Below, piece by piece: positions 1-8,705 of a stretch of 64,000 nucleotides of DNA. This DNA is from a phage. The translations under genes were made by a program, and so were the position numbers. Where the stretch lies: sequence record PX436236.1. One strand, written 5' to 3'. The notes under the pieces were generated by a model. It had not been told where the DNA came from. It did no database searches and saw only the letters and a program-made list of their open reading frames with translations. The stretch's first letter is position 1, and each line of letters starts with the position of its first letter.

Positions 1-2211
1 TTAAGCCGCTTCCACGGCTTTCATGAATTTAACAATTTGAGCTACAGAAGCCTCGGTAATGGATGTTCCACGACGATACATGTAGTCCGAAACTAAATGG
101 TAATCAGATTCAAACTGTACAGTCATTTTATCATTGTTGCTTGAAGCATTATCAGTCAACTTAAAAAAAGTATTGTTACAAATTTTCTTGATAACGGAAA
201 GCTTGTCATCAGTGATATAACCATGGAAATTCATATAACGGAATATATCATAGAAATTACTCAGACGAGTATATGCTTCAGTTACCGGCTTGTCACTGAA
301 ATACTTGGTCATGAAATTAAGCTGAGGGAACTTAGCAATGATTTCAAGGTAATACCGAGCTCGAGTATTGCTACCAAGGTAGTCATCAACATCTACCGCG
401 TCTAAGGCTTCAGCATAGGCTTCTAATGCAGCTTCCATCAAGCATTCGCACTGGCCTAACTTTTTAATCTTTTTGGCAATCTGAGGGCGAATGATATGGA
501 ATTCGGTAGCACCAATCAAATTGGCCATACGACACATGGTAGTGGTATTGATGTCAAAGATACCATAAGCTTCATCCATTCCCATGATATCAGAACGGCT
601 ACCAAACAGAACATAACCTGTAATTTCTTCTGCTTCGGCAGCGGTTAAGTACAGGGTTTCATTAGCCCAGCGCCCGTCTTTAATGAACCAACGATAAGCA
701 CTCGGTGTTTTAGGACGCGGTTCTGATGAACGGACAGTAACCGGAATCCATGGCTTAACAATTTTATTCAGTTCAGAGACTTTATAAAAATGAATTGTGT
801 CACCTTTAAAAAGTTCTTTAACCTTTTCAAGTTGTTGCATTTGCAACATTGAATTTGGGTCGACAAAAATAAGGTCAGTTCCGTATTTAGGAATATTGTT
901 CTCTTTAACAATTTTCTTAGCCGAAGCACTGTTGTCCATTGCCAGAGCCCAAAGACCTCGAACTAATGGCACACGACCTTTTTCATCATCATAAACAACA
1001 TGGATTTCTTTCTTATTAATGCCTAATAAATTACTAAGTCCTGCTACCGAAGAAGTATTACCACTTGACTTAATTCGTTTCAAACGTGGGTCTGAAACGA
1101 CTTCGTAAACCACACCTAAATTAATAAGGTCGTTTTGAAGGGTATAACGCTGGTATAATTTCTCATATGTCAATTTTTCTGTAGTAAACAGGCTAGTTCC
1201 ACCTTTTTTGGTAAGATAGTCACGAGCACTGTAACCAAGGTTAGAAAGGTCACGATAAACATGGCGTGGATTATCAGATTCAACCCATTCCTGTGTATCG
1301 TTTTTAAAGACCACTGCATCCAGTGCTTCGATACGGGTTGCAATATTTTCCATCGTACGTTTATCAAGAGACAACACTTCACGAGACGGAGCAATATCCA
1401 GTGAACCCATAGGGAACTTAATATAAACTACATCATGGCGAGTACGCATCCATGTGCCTTTATTATAGGCAGAATCCAATGGATAAACAATACCACCATA
1501 AACTGCATAAAGTCCTGAACGTTCGAAGCTGCCATAATTTGTAGTGGTTACAGGATGGTAATCGTCAAATTCAGGGAAATAATCAACTTCAACACCGTCT
1601 ACATCACCAAGACCAATGAAAGGCCGCATGATATAACGAACTTCAGTTTCAAACTTACGGAAATCTTCTTCATCAACAGGAACCGTGATTTCGATACCTG
1701 TTTTATCGCCTGGCTGCATAGGTTCGACGAAAGTAGGTTTAATCTGAGGCCCGTCACCATCCATATAAGCTACATAACCACGAACTTCACCGTTATGCCA
1801 TGAGGTGATATTAAACGTTTCGGTATAACTGAACGGAGATTTTGAACCAAGGCCAAAGCCACCGATGAAATCGTTAGAAGCCGTTTTGGATGATGCGAAA
1901 TAAGAGTTGTACAAACCTGTTTCGTTTTCATCACCACGAATTTGGAAATCACTCATACCCGGACCGAAATCACGACATACAAAGCGAGGGTCTAGTTTAC
2001 CAGGAACCTGTACTTTCCAACGTTCTTTATTACCATTTAGAATATGGGCATCAATCATGTTGGTAATTAGTTCACGAACTACGGCACGTACTTTATTACT
2101 ATAAAGGTCTGATGACAAAATTTTAAAGACCTTAGGCGACGCCTGAATAGTAAAGCCTGTGGACTTAGCACCATTACCAATGATTTGTTCTTTTTCGGTT
2201 TCAATAATCAT
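1..2211 (-). CDS. rIIA: rIIA membrane-associated protein (GHKL-type ATPase motif region), 736 aa
   Basis: Full ORF with stop at window start; N-terminus and GFGLGSKSPF-like ATPase segment resemble T4 rIIA; lies next to the topoisomerase gene as in T4. Confidence 0.8.
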   Translation of the reverse strand: MIIETEKEQIIGNGAKSTGFTIQASPKVFKILSSDLYSNKVRAVVRELITNMIDAHILNGNKERWKVQVPGKLDPRFVCRDFGPGMSDFQIRGDENETGLYNSYFASSKTASNDFIGGFGLGSKSPFSYTETFNITSWHNGEVRGYVAYMDGDGPQIKPTFVEPMQPGDKTGIEITVPVDEEDFRKFETEVRYIMRPFIGLGDVDGVEVDYFPEFDDYHPVTTTNYGSFERSGLYAVYGGIVYPLDSAYNKGTWMRTRHDVVYIKFPMGSLDIAPSREVLSLDKRTMENIATRIEALDAVVFKNDTQEWVESDNPRHVYRDLSNLGYSARDYLTKKGGTSLFTTEKLTYEKLYQRYTLQNDLINLGVVYEVVSDPRLKRIKSSGNTSSVAGLSNLLGINKKEIHVVYDDEKGRVPLVRGLWALAMDNSASAKKIVKENNIPKYGTDLIFVDPNSMLQMQQLEKVKELFKGDTIHFYKVSELNKIVKPWIPVTVRSSEPRPKTPSAYRWFIKDGRWANETLYLTAAEAEEITGYVLFGSRSDIMGMDEAYGIFDINTTTMCRMANLIGATEFHIIRPQIAKKIKKLGQCECLMEAALEAYAEALDAVDVDDYLGSNTRARYYLEIIAKFPQLNFMTKYFSDKPVTEAYTRLSNFYDIFRYMNFHGYITDDKLSVIKKICNNTFFKLTDNASSNNDKMTVQFESDYHLVSDYMYRRGTSITEASVAQIVKFMKAVEAA

Positions 2212-2218
2212 ATTTTTC

Positions 2219-2422
2219 TCAATTCAGGTTACGTTTAAAAATGTCTGCCACTTCAAGGAGCTCGTCCTTAGTAGCGATGTCGTTGAGTATTTTATATCTG
2301 ATTTCTTTAAAGCGTTCTTTAAAATCCTCAGCCGCATTGATATCAAAAAATCGTTGGATTAACCGGAATTCTTTATGGACGGCTTTATCGAACAAATCAA
2401 TATTCACTTTAAAGTTTGTCAT
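2219..2422 (-). CDS. hypothetical protein, 67 aa (rIIA.1 position)
   Basis: ORF directly upstream of rIIA, 8 nt gap; position only. Confidence 0.45.
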   Translation of the reverse strand: MTNFKVNIDLFDKAVHKEFRLIQRFFDINAAEDFKERFKEIRYKILNDIATKDELLEVADIFKRNLN

Positions 2423-2732
2423 TTTTAACTACCTCATGTTGAACATATTCTCTGGTAGAACCTAGTTCAGCCAGAATTCTTCTCATAGAACCCATTGTAC
2501 TTTTGTGCTCTCTATGGCGATACATTATCTCTAAAACCTTTTCCTGGACAACAGGAGAGAGCGCTTGGTTATCTTTAATCTTTAAGGCAATAGATTTTAC
2601 AGCCTTAAGGTATTCAAGTCCCTTACCGCTTGTAGTCACTACTCCTTCATCTTTACAGTTACGAATAGCCGTTTCCATAAAGGATAAAGCCAGGTTATCC
2701 GTGTTCACTATACTGTTATCTTGCATAATCAT
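2409..2732 (-). CDS. hypothetical protein, 107 aa
   Basis: ORF; start moved to MIMQDN, which is preceded by GAGGTGAGAAT. Confidence 0.45.
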   Translation of the reverse strand: MIMQDNSIVNTDNLALSFMETAIRNCKDEGVVTTSGKGLEYLKAVKSIALKIKDNQALSPVVQEKVLEIMYRHREHKSTMGSMRRILAELGSTREYVQHEVVKNDKL

Positions 2733-2774
2733 ATTCTCACCTCTAGATAATCCTATCATAACCACAGGTCTTTG

Positions 2775-2802
2775 TAAACCCCGAAAAGGGCCCGAAGGCC
2801 CT
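2775..2802 (-). terminator. Intrinsic terminator hairpin (GGGCC-UUCG-GGCCC) with downstream U-run, minus strand
   Basis: Perfect stem with UUCG tetraloop followed by TTTTCGGGGTTT on the minus strand. Confidence 0.5.
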
Positions 2803-2809
2803 TATTAGT

Positions 2810-3010
2810 TTAGTTACTTGAATCGACCTTATAGACTTGTCCGCGGGTTTGGTAAACTTCGCCGTCCCATGTCTCGACTGTAATAGTCACGTATTCTGCA
2901 AACTGAGGTCTAGTATCAGTCCAGATATAACCGTATTCACCGGTGACGAGCGTAACCCAGTACTTTCTCATAAAGTCTCCTTTTGTATGGCACCAATTAG
3001 TACCATACAT
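2810..3010 (-). CDS. hypothetical protein, 66 aa
   Basis: ORF between topoisomerase gene and terminator. Confidence 0.4.
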   Translation of the reverse strand: MYGTNWCHTKGDFMRKYWVTLVTGEYGYIWTDTRPQFAEYVTITVETWDGEVYQTRGQVYKVDSSN

Positions 3011-3015
3011 ATTTA

Positions 3016-4833
3016 TTACGACATCCAGGCCTTACGGAGTTGAGGGTCATTACCAAGGAGCATTTCGAACTGTTCTTTCCAATCTTCAGGTAATTGAACC
3101 ACATCAAATTTAGGGTCTTGAATCATTCGACGGTATTCAGCTTTCTCAAGAGAACCTAGTCCTTTGATATAACGAATAGAATGTTTTGGTAGAGAATCCT
3201 TAGCTTTGGTATAACTAGGCACATCATAGAACCATTCCTGTTCTTTACCAATCTGGGCAATAATTACCGGAGTTTTACAGAAACGTACTCGGCCTTGTTC
3301 GAACAATTCAGGCCATTGACTAAAGAAGGCTAGCAATGATGGATAAATCGAACCAGTACCATCCACATCGGCATCAGTCATAATAGCAATATTACGATAG
3401 TTAGTTTTCTCTGCAGGTTCACCAATAACCAATCCAGTGATTGCACAGATATCAAATAGTTCCTTGTTCTTCATGATATCTGTTGCTGTCATTCCCCAGG
3501 TATTCATAACCTTACCACGCAATGGGTAACCACCTTGAAGGTCTTTATTACGAACTTCAATGAAAGGACCCATAGCGGAATCCCCTTCGGTTAGGAACAG
3601 GGTTGTATCAGCATCTTTGCCGTATAGGTTAGCTTTAATATGCTTATGGACCTTGGCTTTAGAAGCTTTCTTAGCGGCTTTAGTTTCGGCAGCCTTTTCA
3701 GCTGCTAATTTACGTGCTAAAGCAGCTTCAACGATAGGCATAATCAACCCATCAACTTTAAGAATGGCTTGAGCAATTTTCTTAGCATCAATTTGGATAT
3801 GATTGCGAATCTCACCAAAAGGAGAGGTCAAACGTTCTTTAGTCTGTGAATCAAAACGCATGTTGCTCATATCACGAATGAACATCACCATCGTAAGGCA
3901 TTCTTTAACACGAGCTTTAGTTACTTCAATTCCACGGTATTTCTTTTTAATGCCTGGCAGAAGGTGTTCACAAATATCATCGAATACACATTCAACGTGG
4001 TGGCCACCATTCTTGGTGTGGATATTGTTTACATAAGTCAGTTGACGGAATCCATCCGGAGAAGGAGTGAACGCCATCGAAACATTATCGGTTTCTTGGA
4101 TTACAAAGTCTTCACCAAATTGCTTAGCATACTTTTTAAAGTTGCCATCTACTTTTTTACCATTAAAAGTAAATTGAATATCAGGATAAACTACGGCCAG
4201 AGTTTGCAATCGGTCTAATGTAATATCCAGATAAATTTGTGACAGGCTATTTTCTTCGAAATGATTAAAGTCTGGGGTGAATATAACCGAAGTACCCTTA
4301 CCTTTAGATTTCTTAGTAGACCAACCTTTGTTTTCCATTCCGTTTGAACAGTTAACAGTAATCTCATTCTCACCATCAGAGGTGATGCCTGTGAACAAAA
4401 CAGAGAAGATATTAGTTAAACTACTACCGACACCATTCATGCCGCCTGTCTTACGCTCAGCGTCATCTCCAAAGTTACCACCTGCCTTTGGAATAGTCCA
4501 TGCAGCTACAGGACCTGGAATCTGTTCACCATTTTGGTCGGTGACCATTGCTTGTGGAATACCACGACCATTATCAGAAACTGAAACCTGGTTATTCTTA
4601 ATTTGAACATCAATTTTATTTGCGAATTTAAAATTGGTACGAATAGCTTCATCGACAGAGTTATCAATGATTTCATCAATTAATTTAACCAGTCCAGGAA
4701 CATAGTTTACCTGTGTAAAATTACCAAACAGGAATCGACCGTGAGCTTCATTAGCACTTGAGCCAATATACATCCCACTACGTTTTTTGATATGTTCAAT
4801 GTCGGACAGTACTTTAATTTCATTCTTAATCAT
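3016..4833 (-). CDS. 39: DNA topoisomerase II large (ATPase) subunit, gp39 with gene-60 portion fused, 605 aa
   Basis: N-terminus MIKNEIKVLSDIEHIKKRSGMYIGS and GyrB-like motifs; 605 aa is the size of a single uninterrupted 39+60 ORF. Confidence 0.9.
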   Translation of the reverse strand: MIKNEIKVLSDIEHIKKRSGMYIGSSANEAHGRFLFGNFTQVNYVPGLVKLIDEIIDNSVDEAIRTNFKFANKIDVQIKNNQVSVSDNGRGIPQAMVTDQNGEQIPGPVAAWTIPKAGGNFGDDAERKTGGMNGVGSSLTNIFSVLFTGITSDGENEITVNCSNGMENKGWSTKKSKGKGTSVIFTPDFNHFEENSLSQIYLDITLDRLQTLAVVYPDIQFTFNGKKVDGNFKKYAKQFGEDFVIQETDNVSMAFTPSPDGFRQLTYVNNIHTKNGGHHVECVFDDICEHLLPGIKKKYRGIEVTKARVKECLTMVMFIRDMSNMRFDSQTKERLTSPFGEIRNHIQIDAKKIAQAILKVDGLIMPIVEAALARKLAAEKAAETKAAKKASKAKVHKHIKANLYGKDADTTLFLTEGDSAMGPFIEVRNKDLQGGYPLRGKVMNTWGMTATDIMKNKELFDICAITGLVIGEPAEKTNYRNIAIMTDADVDGTGSIYPSLLAFFSQWPELFEQGRVRFCKTPVIIAQIGKEQEWFYDVPSYTKAKDSLPKHSIRYIKGLGSLEKAEYRRMIQDPKFDVVQLPEDWKEQFEMLLGNDPQLRKAWMS

Positions 4834-4857
4834 GTTATTTCCTCATGTAGTAGGAGA

Positions 4858-4884
4858 ATATTATCCCATTTCACTTAAAGCATA
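4858..4884 (-). promoter_or_regulatory. Candidate MotA-dependent middle promoter upstream of gene 39
   Basis: Minus strand reads TATGCTTTA (MotA-box-like), 12 nt, TAATAT, then GGAGAA RBS and the gene 39 ATG. Confidence 0.4.
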
Positions 4885-4900
4885 AAAGGGCCGAAGCCCT
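4878..4900 (-). terminator. Terminator hairpin (AAGGGC-UUCG-GCCCUU) with U-run
   Basis: Stem-loop immediately after the stop of the lipoprotein ORF, followed by TTTTATGCTTT. Confidence 0.5.
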
Positions 4901-5160
4901 TAATCAAATCGAATGGTCGACTTTTTAAAGAATAACCCAGAACAAACTGTTCCTTCAACCCTTTTACCCGTCGGACCGACAGCAATAAAGCCTGTACGTT
5001 GGAAATCATCTTCAGAGCAGCCAAATAGGTTGTATCCTGTGATTTGGATTTGTTCGTAGCCATTTGCATCCAATACACGGGTAGCATTATCGGCATCAGT
5101 ACAACCAACCAACGAAACGGCTAGTACAAGAGCTGCAATAGAACGATTAATATATTTCAT
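4900..5160 (-). CDS. putative lipoprotein, 86 aa
   Basis: Signal peptide with lipobox LVGC. Confidence 0.55.
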   Translation of the reverse strand: MKYINRSIAALVLAVSLVGCTDADNATRVLDANGYEQIQITGYNLFGCSEDDFQRTGFIAVGPTGKRVEGTVCSGLFFKKSTIRFD

Positions 5161-5166
5161 AATTTC

Positions 5167-5343
5167 TCACTTAGTCAGCAGGTCGTAAAAACCGCCATTA
5201 ACATGTTTAGGAGCCGAGACTAACCGAACAGCCAGCCGATGGCAATCAGGACAAACATCATTATCTCTTTCAGAGATTTTCTTGATTTTTTCGTATTCTT
5301 TTGCACAGTCTTCAGATTGGCATTTGTAATCATAAAGTGGCAT
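5167..5343 (-). CDS. small zinc-ribbon protein (FmdB-like CxxC...CPxC), 58 aa
   Basis: Own translation: MPLYDYKCQSEDCAKEYEKIKKISERDNDVCPDCHRLAVRLVSAPKHVNGGFYDLLTK; below the 60-aa cutoff of the supplied track. Confidence 0.45.
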   Translation of the reverse strand: MPLYDYKCQSEDCAKEYEKIKKISERDNDVCPDCHRLAVRLVSAPKHVNGGFYDLLTK

Positions 5344-5344
5344 A

Positions 5345-5749
5345 TTATTCCTTAAAGTGAGCTTTCAACATCTGGTAAACTGACCAGGCTTCAGAATTAT
5401 TAGAGATAGTGATTTTAGTCAAAGGGAAATCACTTAGTTCGGACAGATCATCACTATCATCGTAGCCATAATCACGGTCTTCATCCAATTCTTCGTCGCA
5501 CTCAACTTCAACCATTTCGGTAAAAAATTTCCTCTCACTAGCGTATATAACCATATCTTTATTATCGCCGTAAACCAGGTCGAAGTTGATTACACATCCA
5601 TTTGAAATTTTAACCGGGGAAAAACCTTCACCTTCAATAATAACATCGGCTACAATATTATTGATATCTCTACGACGGAATTCAGCTTCGGCCGCCTCAT
5701 CTTTAAAATAGTACCATTTACCGGCTTCAAATTTAGCTTCATTAGACAT
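5345..5749 (-). CDS. hypothetical acidic protein, 134 aa
   Basis: ORF; start set at MSNEAKF, whose ATG overlaps the upstream stop. Confidence 0.5.
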   Translation of the reverse strand: MSNEAKFEAGKWYYFKDEAAEAEFRRRDINNIVADVIIEGEGFSPVKISNGCVINFDLVYGDNKDMVIYASERKFFTEMVEVECDEELDEDRDYGYDDSDDLSELSDFPLTKITISNNSEAWSVYQMLKAHFKE

Positions 5750-5960
5750 TATAAGTCTCCTTCCAGTAGTCAATGCCTTCAGCAGTGATTTCACGGAACA
5801 CTGCATAGATAGGATTTTCATCACCTTGGTTTTCGTATACATAAACCGACGATAAATGAGAAAACGTATCAGAATGTTCCTTTTGAACCACGATTAAATC
5901 AGGGTTGAACAGAACATCTTCAAATTCTTCACGAGTCGAGTTCACAGTAACTTTAGCCAT
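5742..5960 (-). CDS. hypothetical protein, 72 aa
   Basis: ORF with the promoter cassette at 5979-6020 immediately upstream. Confidence 0.5.
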   Translation of the reverse strand: MAKVTVNSTREEFEDVLFNPDLIVVQKEHSDTFSHLSSVYVYENQGDENPIYAVFREITAEGIDYWKETYNV

Positions 5961-5978
5961 TTTATTTTCCTCTCATTT

Positions 5979-6020
5979 GTTGATAGGGTAATAGTATCAC
6001 ACTACTACCCTGTTGTATAC
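5979..6020 (-). promoter_or_regulatory. Early-promoter cassette (variant -35 GTATAC, extended -10 TGATACTAT, CCCTATCAAC box)
   Basis: Member of the repeated promoter family; inverted repeat AGGGTA/TACCCT flanks the -10. Confidence 0.5.
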
Positions 6021-6032
6021 TGTTTTTAAACT

Positions 6033-6599
6033 TTATGCAAAATGAATATCAGCGTACTCAACAATAAAACTTTCAGGAACTACTTTAAAGGTGCCAAGGA
6101 ACACGATGTTATACAGCTTAACACCTTCTTCAACCCATTGGTCTGTGATGTAACCGGACATACTAGTGGTTTCATAAGTCGGACCATACTTGCAATTGTA
6201 TTCAAACGGTTTAGGTGAAACGAAAAAGACACCTTTACCTAATTTCCATTTGAAATCAACACCAACATGAGATTGGTCAATAGTTTCAACGTCTTGAGCT
6301 ACTACGCCACGGATATCATTGCTTTCACATACATACCCATCATGGGATTCAACTTCTTCAACTACAGGAGCGATGTATCCGGTAAATTCAGTCGATTCCA
6401 AGAATTTAGCACGCACATAAGCGAATTGAGTTTCAGTTTGACCATTTTTAGGAATGATACGCACTTTTACTTCAGAATTTTCTACACTGACACCTTCTTT
6501 AAGTTGGATACTAACAACTTCAACTAAACAGCCTGCAGCTTTTGAACGAGACTTTTTGGATACACGAACAATACCGCCGATATCGGAAATAGTAATCAT
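6033..6599 (-). CDS. hypothetical protein, 188 aa (paralog of 6673-7221)
   Basis: C-terminus TDQWVEEGVKLYNIVFLGTFKVVPES matches the neighbour. Confidence 0.55.
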   Translation of the reverse strand: MITISDIGGIVRVSKKSRSKAAGCLVEVVSIQLKEGVSVENSEVKVRIIPKNGQTETQFAYVRAKFLESTEFTGYIAPVVEEVESHDGYVCESNDIRGVVAQDVETIDQSHVGVDFKWKLGKGVFFVSPKPFEYNCKYGPTYETTSMSGYITDQWVEEGVKLYNIVFLGTFKVVPESFIVEYADIHFA

Positions 6600-6672
6600 A
6601 ATTTTTCTCTCTTGGTTAAAGGTTTATTCTCCATGAGAGCCATTATAACATGGCCCTCGATAAAGTAAACTA

Positions 6673-7221
6673 TTAATTCAATACATTAACCACTGCACTA
6701 CGAGGTACTACACTAAAATCACCAGCATGTACAACGTTCAGAAGCTCAACACCGTCTTCAACCCACTGGTCTGTTACCCAACCACAGATAGGATTATCAA
6801 AAGGACGACGGATAGACACAGCAGCACACAGAAGGTCGGTAGGGTCTTGTTCTTCAACTTCTTGGAACAGGATGAACTCATCTTCATAAACCAAGATTTT
6901 CTCTATTTTGTTATTATCTAATCGACGGCCGTGGATGACGTAAGATTTAGTAAACCAGTCACTTTTGGTAAATTCTTCAACAATAAATTCGCCTTCGCCA
7001 AAAACCTCAGTCAGAGTTTTATGGCCAGAAATCAAGGCCTTAGTTTTAATTTCAGGTTCAACCAGTTTGTAGGTTTTGCCGATTTCGATAGTCTGAGTAT
7101 TCATAGCGGTTTCCTTAATTTCCAGTGGTTTAACAGGGCATACATAAGTGCTTAAAACATCAAAATCAATCAGTTTAGCTGCAGGATTTGGGGTATATTT
7201 AGGGTTGTAATTAAATTTCAT
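6673..7221 (-). CDS. hypothetical protein, 182 aa (paralog of 6033-6599)
   Basis: C-terminus TDQWVEDGVELLNVVHAGDFSVVPRS matches the neighbour. Confidence 0.55.
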   Translation of the reverse strand: MKFNYNPKYTPNPAAKLIDFDVLSTYVCPVKPLEIKETAMNTQTIEIGKTYKLVEPEIKTKALISGHKTLTEVFGEGEFIVEEFTKSDWFTKSYVIHGRRLDNNKIEKILVYEDEFILFQEVEEQDPTDLLCAAVSIRRPFDNPICGWVTDQWVEDGVELLNVVHAGDFSVVPRSAVVNVLN

Positions 7222-7727
7222 ATTGTTCTCAATTCAATAAAATCTACAAGTTCGGCATAGGATTTGCGGAACATTACTTGGCGGCCGCCGATGACAACCT
7301 CATCTTCTGGTATTTCGTAAACGGCAAGATAGAATCCTTTAGAAGATAATTCTTCACGCTCTTCACGAGTGAACCAGCGCATCATATCATACTCGCTGGC
7401 AAAAGCAAAATGGTAGAGATTAACAAACCAACCTGGAATATAATCATCGCAGCCTTCATAATCAGGCTGGTCCCACTTAGTTCGAATGGTTTTATTAGAA
7501 TTTTCCACCAACAACTTGTCTTGACCTGGTAGCGGAATATTTTTATTATTGGTATGGTGGTGTCTAAAATTAGGTTTGTCGAAACCTACTTCTAATAACC
7601 AACCTTCGCTCCATTCATCAAACGAGCCTCTATACGGTGTTAATTGGCGGCACTGTTGGTGAGTGATTGCTATAACATCGCTGTTATCTAAGATACTGAA
7701 CGATGACTCCACTCGATAAATTTTCAT
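7218..7727 (-). CDS. hypothetical protein, 169 aa
   Basis: Start set at MKIYRVESS, preceded by GAGGAGAAC and the promoter cassette. Confidence 0.5.
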   Translation of the reverse strand: MKIYRVESSFSILDNSDVIAITHQQCRQLTPYRGSFDEWSEGWLLEVGFDKPNFRHHHTNNKNIPLPGQDKLLVENSNKTIRTKWDQPDYEGCDDYIPGWFVNLYHFAFASEYDMMRWFTREEREELSSKGFYLAVYEIPEDEVVIGGRQVMFRKSYAELVDFIELRTI

Positions 7728-7741
7728 TTTGTTCTCCTCAT

Positions 7742-7783
7742 GTTGATAGGGTAGATAATAACATGTCATGAGGAGAAGTAAAC
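7742..7783 (-). promoter_or_regulatory. Early-promoter cassette (GTTTAC, 17 nt, TATTAT, CCCTATCAAC)
   Basis: Spacer TCTCCTCATG is the exact reverse complement of the downstream RBS region CATGAGGAGA. Confidence 0.55.
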
Positions 7784-7787
7784 ACTT

Positions 7788-8462
7788 TTATCGATTTTTT
7801 ATACTTAATGGGTCCGGATTCTCAGGGACATCTTCCAGGCCTAAGGCATAACGTTGGGCATATTTCAGCATCAAGATATCCTTAGCACAGTCATGGATGG
7901 AGTCATGAGCAACAAAGCCGTTCAATGTTCCGTTAGGCAGAGGACACATGCTCAATCCACGAGTCAGTGAATATGCTTCAATAGCTGTACGGATGTCACG
8001 TTGGTTCCAGAATTTAACCGGTTCTAATTTACTGGTATCGATTTCATTCTCAGGAACCCCTTCAGAACGATAAGCATCACGAATAAGGTCGACTAAGATA
8101 GGAAAGTCAAAGGACATTCCACGACACCACATCTGGGATTTCCATTGGTCTACTTCGTTTTTACGGCAGTATTCCAGGAAATTACCGAGACCAATAGAAG
8201 TGGACACATCAATTTCAGATGGAGCCAGGTTTTTACGCGCTTCAGGCCCTTGCTCTTTCCACCACTGCAACGTGCTTTTAGAAAACAGTCGTTTATCACG
8301 TTGAGAAGCGAGGTCAAATTTAATACGAAGGCCTCGTTGAGTAAGCTCTTCAAACGTTTCTACAACCTCTGGATTAGGGTCGTAAGCAATTACAGCGAGG
8401 TCGATAACTGCCGCATTTTGGGTTGTGGCAAAGGTTTCAAAGTCAATAATTATATCTTTCAT
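7788..8462 (-). CDS. dexA: exonuclease A (DexA, DEDD-type), 224 aa
   Basis: N-terminal IIDFETF exonuclease motif; size and position as in T4. Confidence 0.8.
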   Translation of the reverse strand: MKDIIIDFETFATTQNAAVIDLAVIAYDPNPEVVETFEELTQRGLRIKFDLASQRDKRLFSKSTLQWWKEQGPEARKNLAPSEIDVSTSIGLGNFLEYCRKNEVDQWKSQMWCRGMSFDFPILVDLIRDAYRSEGVPENEIDTSKLEPVKFWNQRDIRTAIEAYSLTRGLSMCPLPNGTLNGFVAHDSIHDCAKDILMLKYAQRYALGLEDVPENPDPLSIKNR

Positions 8463-8698
8463 TTAACGTACCTCATAAGGTCTCGGATTTGGCCGACGGT
8501 GTAGTCTTCAATATAAACCGAAGAGATATTGTCGTCCATCAGATTTTGTACTGCAATAAAATCACTCTCAATCTCTTTAAGAGAGTTCAGGACAGTATGG
8601 GCCTTTTGCCTAATGCTGATATTATTTTGGTTGACTTTAATAATATGTTCGGTTTCAAATTTCAACTTATAAAATTGGTCTTTAGTTACTTTAATCAT
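8459..8698 (-). CDS. hypothetical protein, 79 aa
   Basis: Start set at MIKVTKDQ, preceded by GAGGAAA. Confidence 0.45.
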   Translation of the reverse strand: MIKVTKDQFYKLKFETEHIIKVNQNNISIRQKAHTVLNSLKEIESDFIAVQNLMDDNISSVYIEDYTVGQIRDLMRYVK

Positions 8699-8705
8699 AT
8701 TTTCC

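Noticed and set aside
7218-7769. Longest-ORF starts from the supplied track for several genes (for example 7218-7769, 27694-30465, 48679-49746, 61728-62282)
   Set aside because: The N-terminal extensions run through promoter cassettes or use non-ATG codons; downstream ATGs with GGAG-type RBS and T4-like N-termini were preferred.
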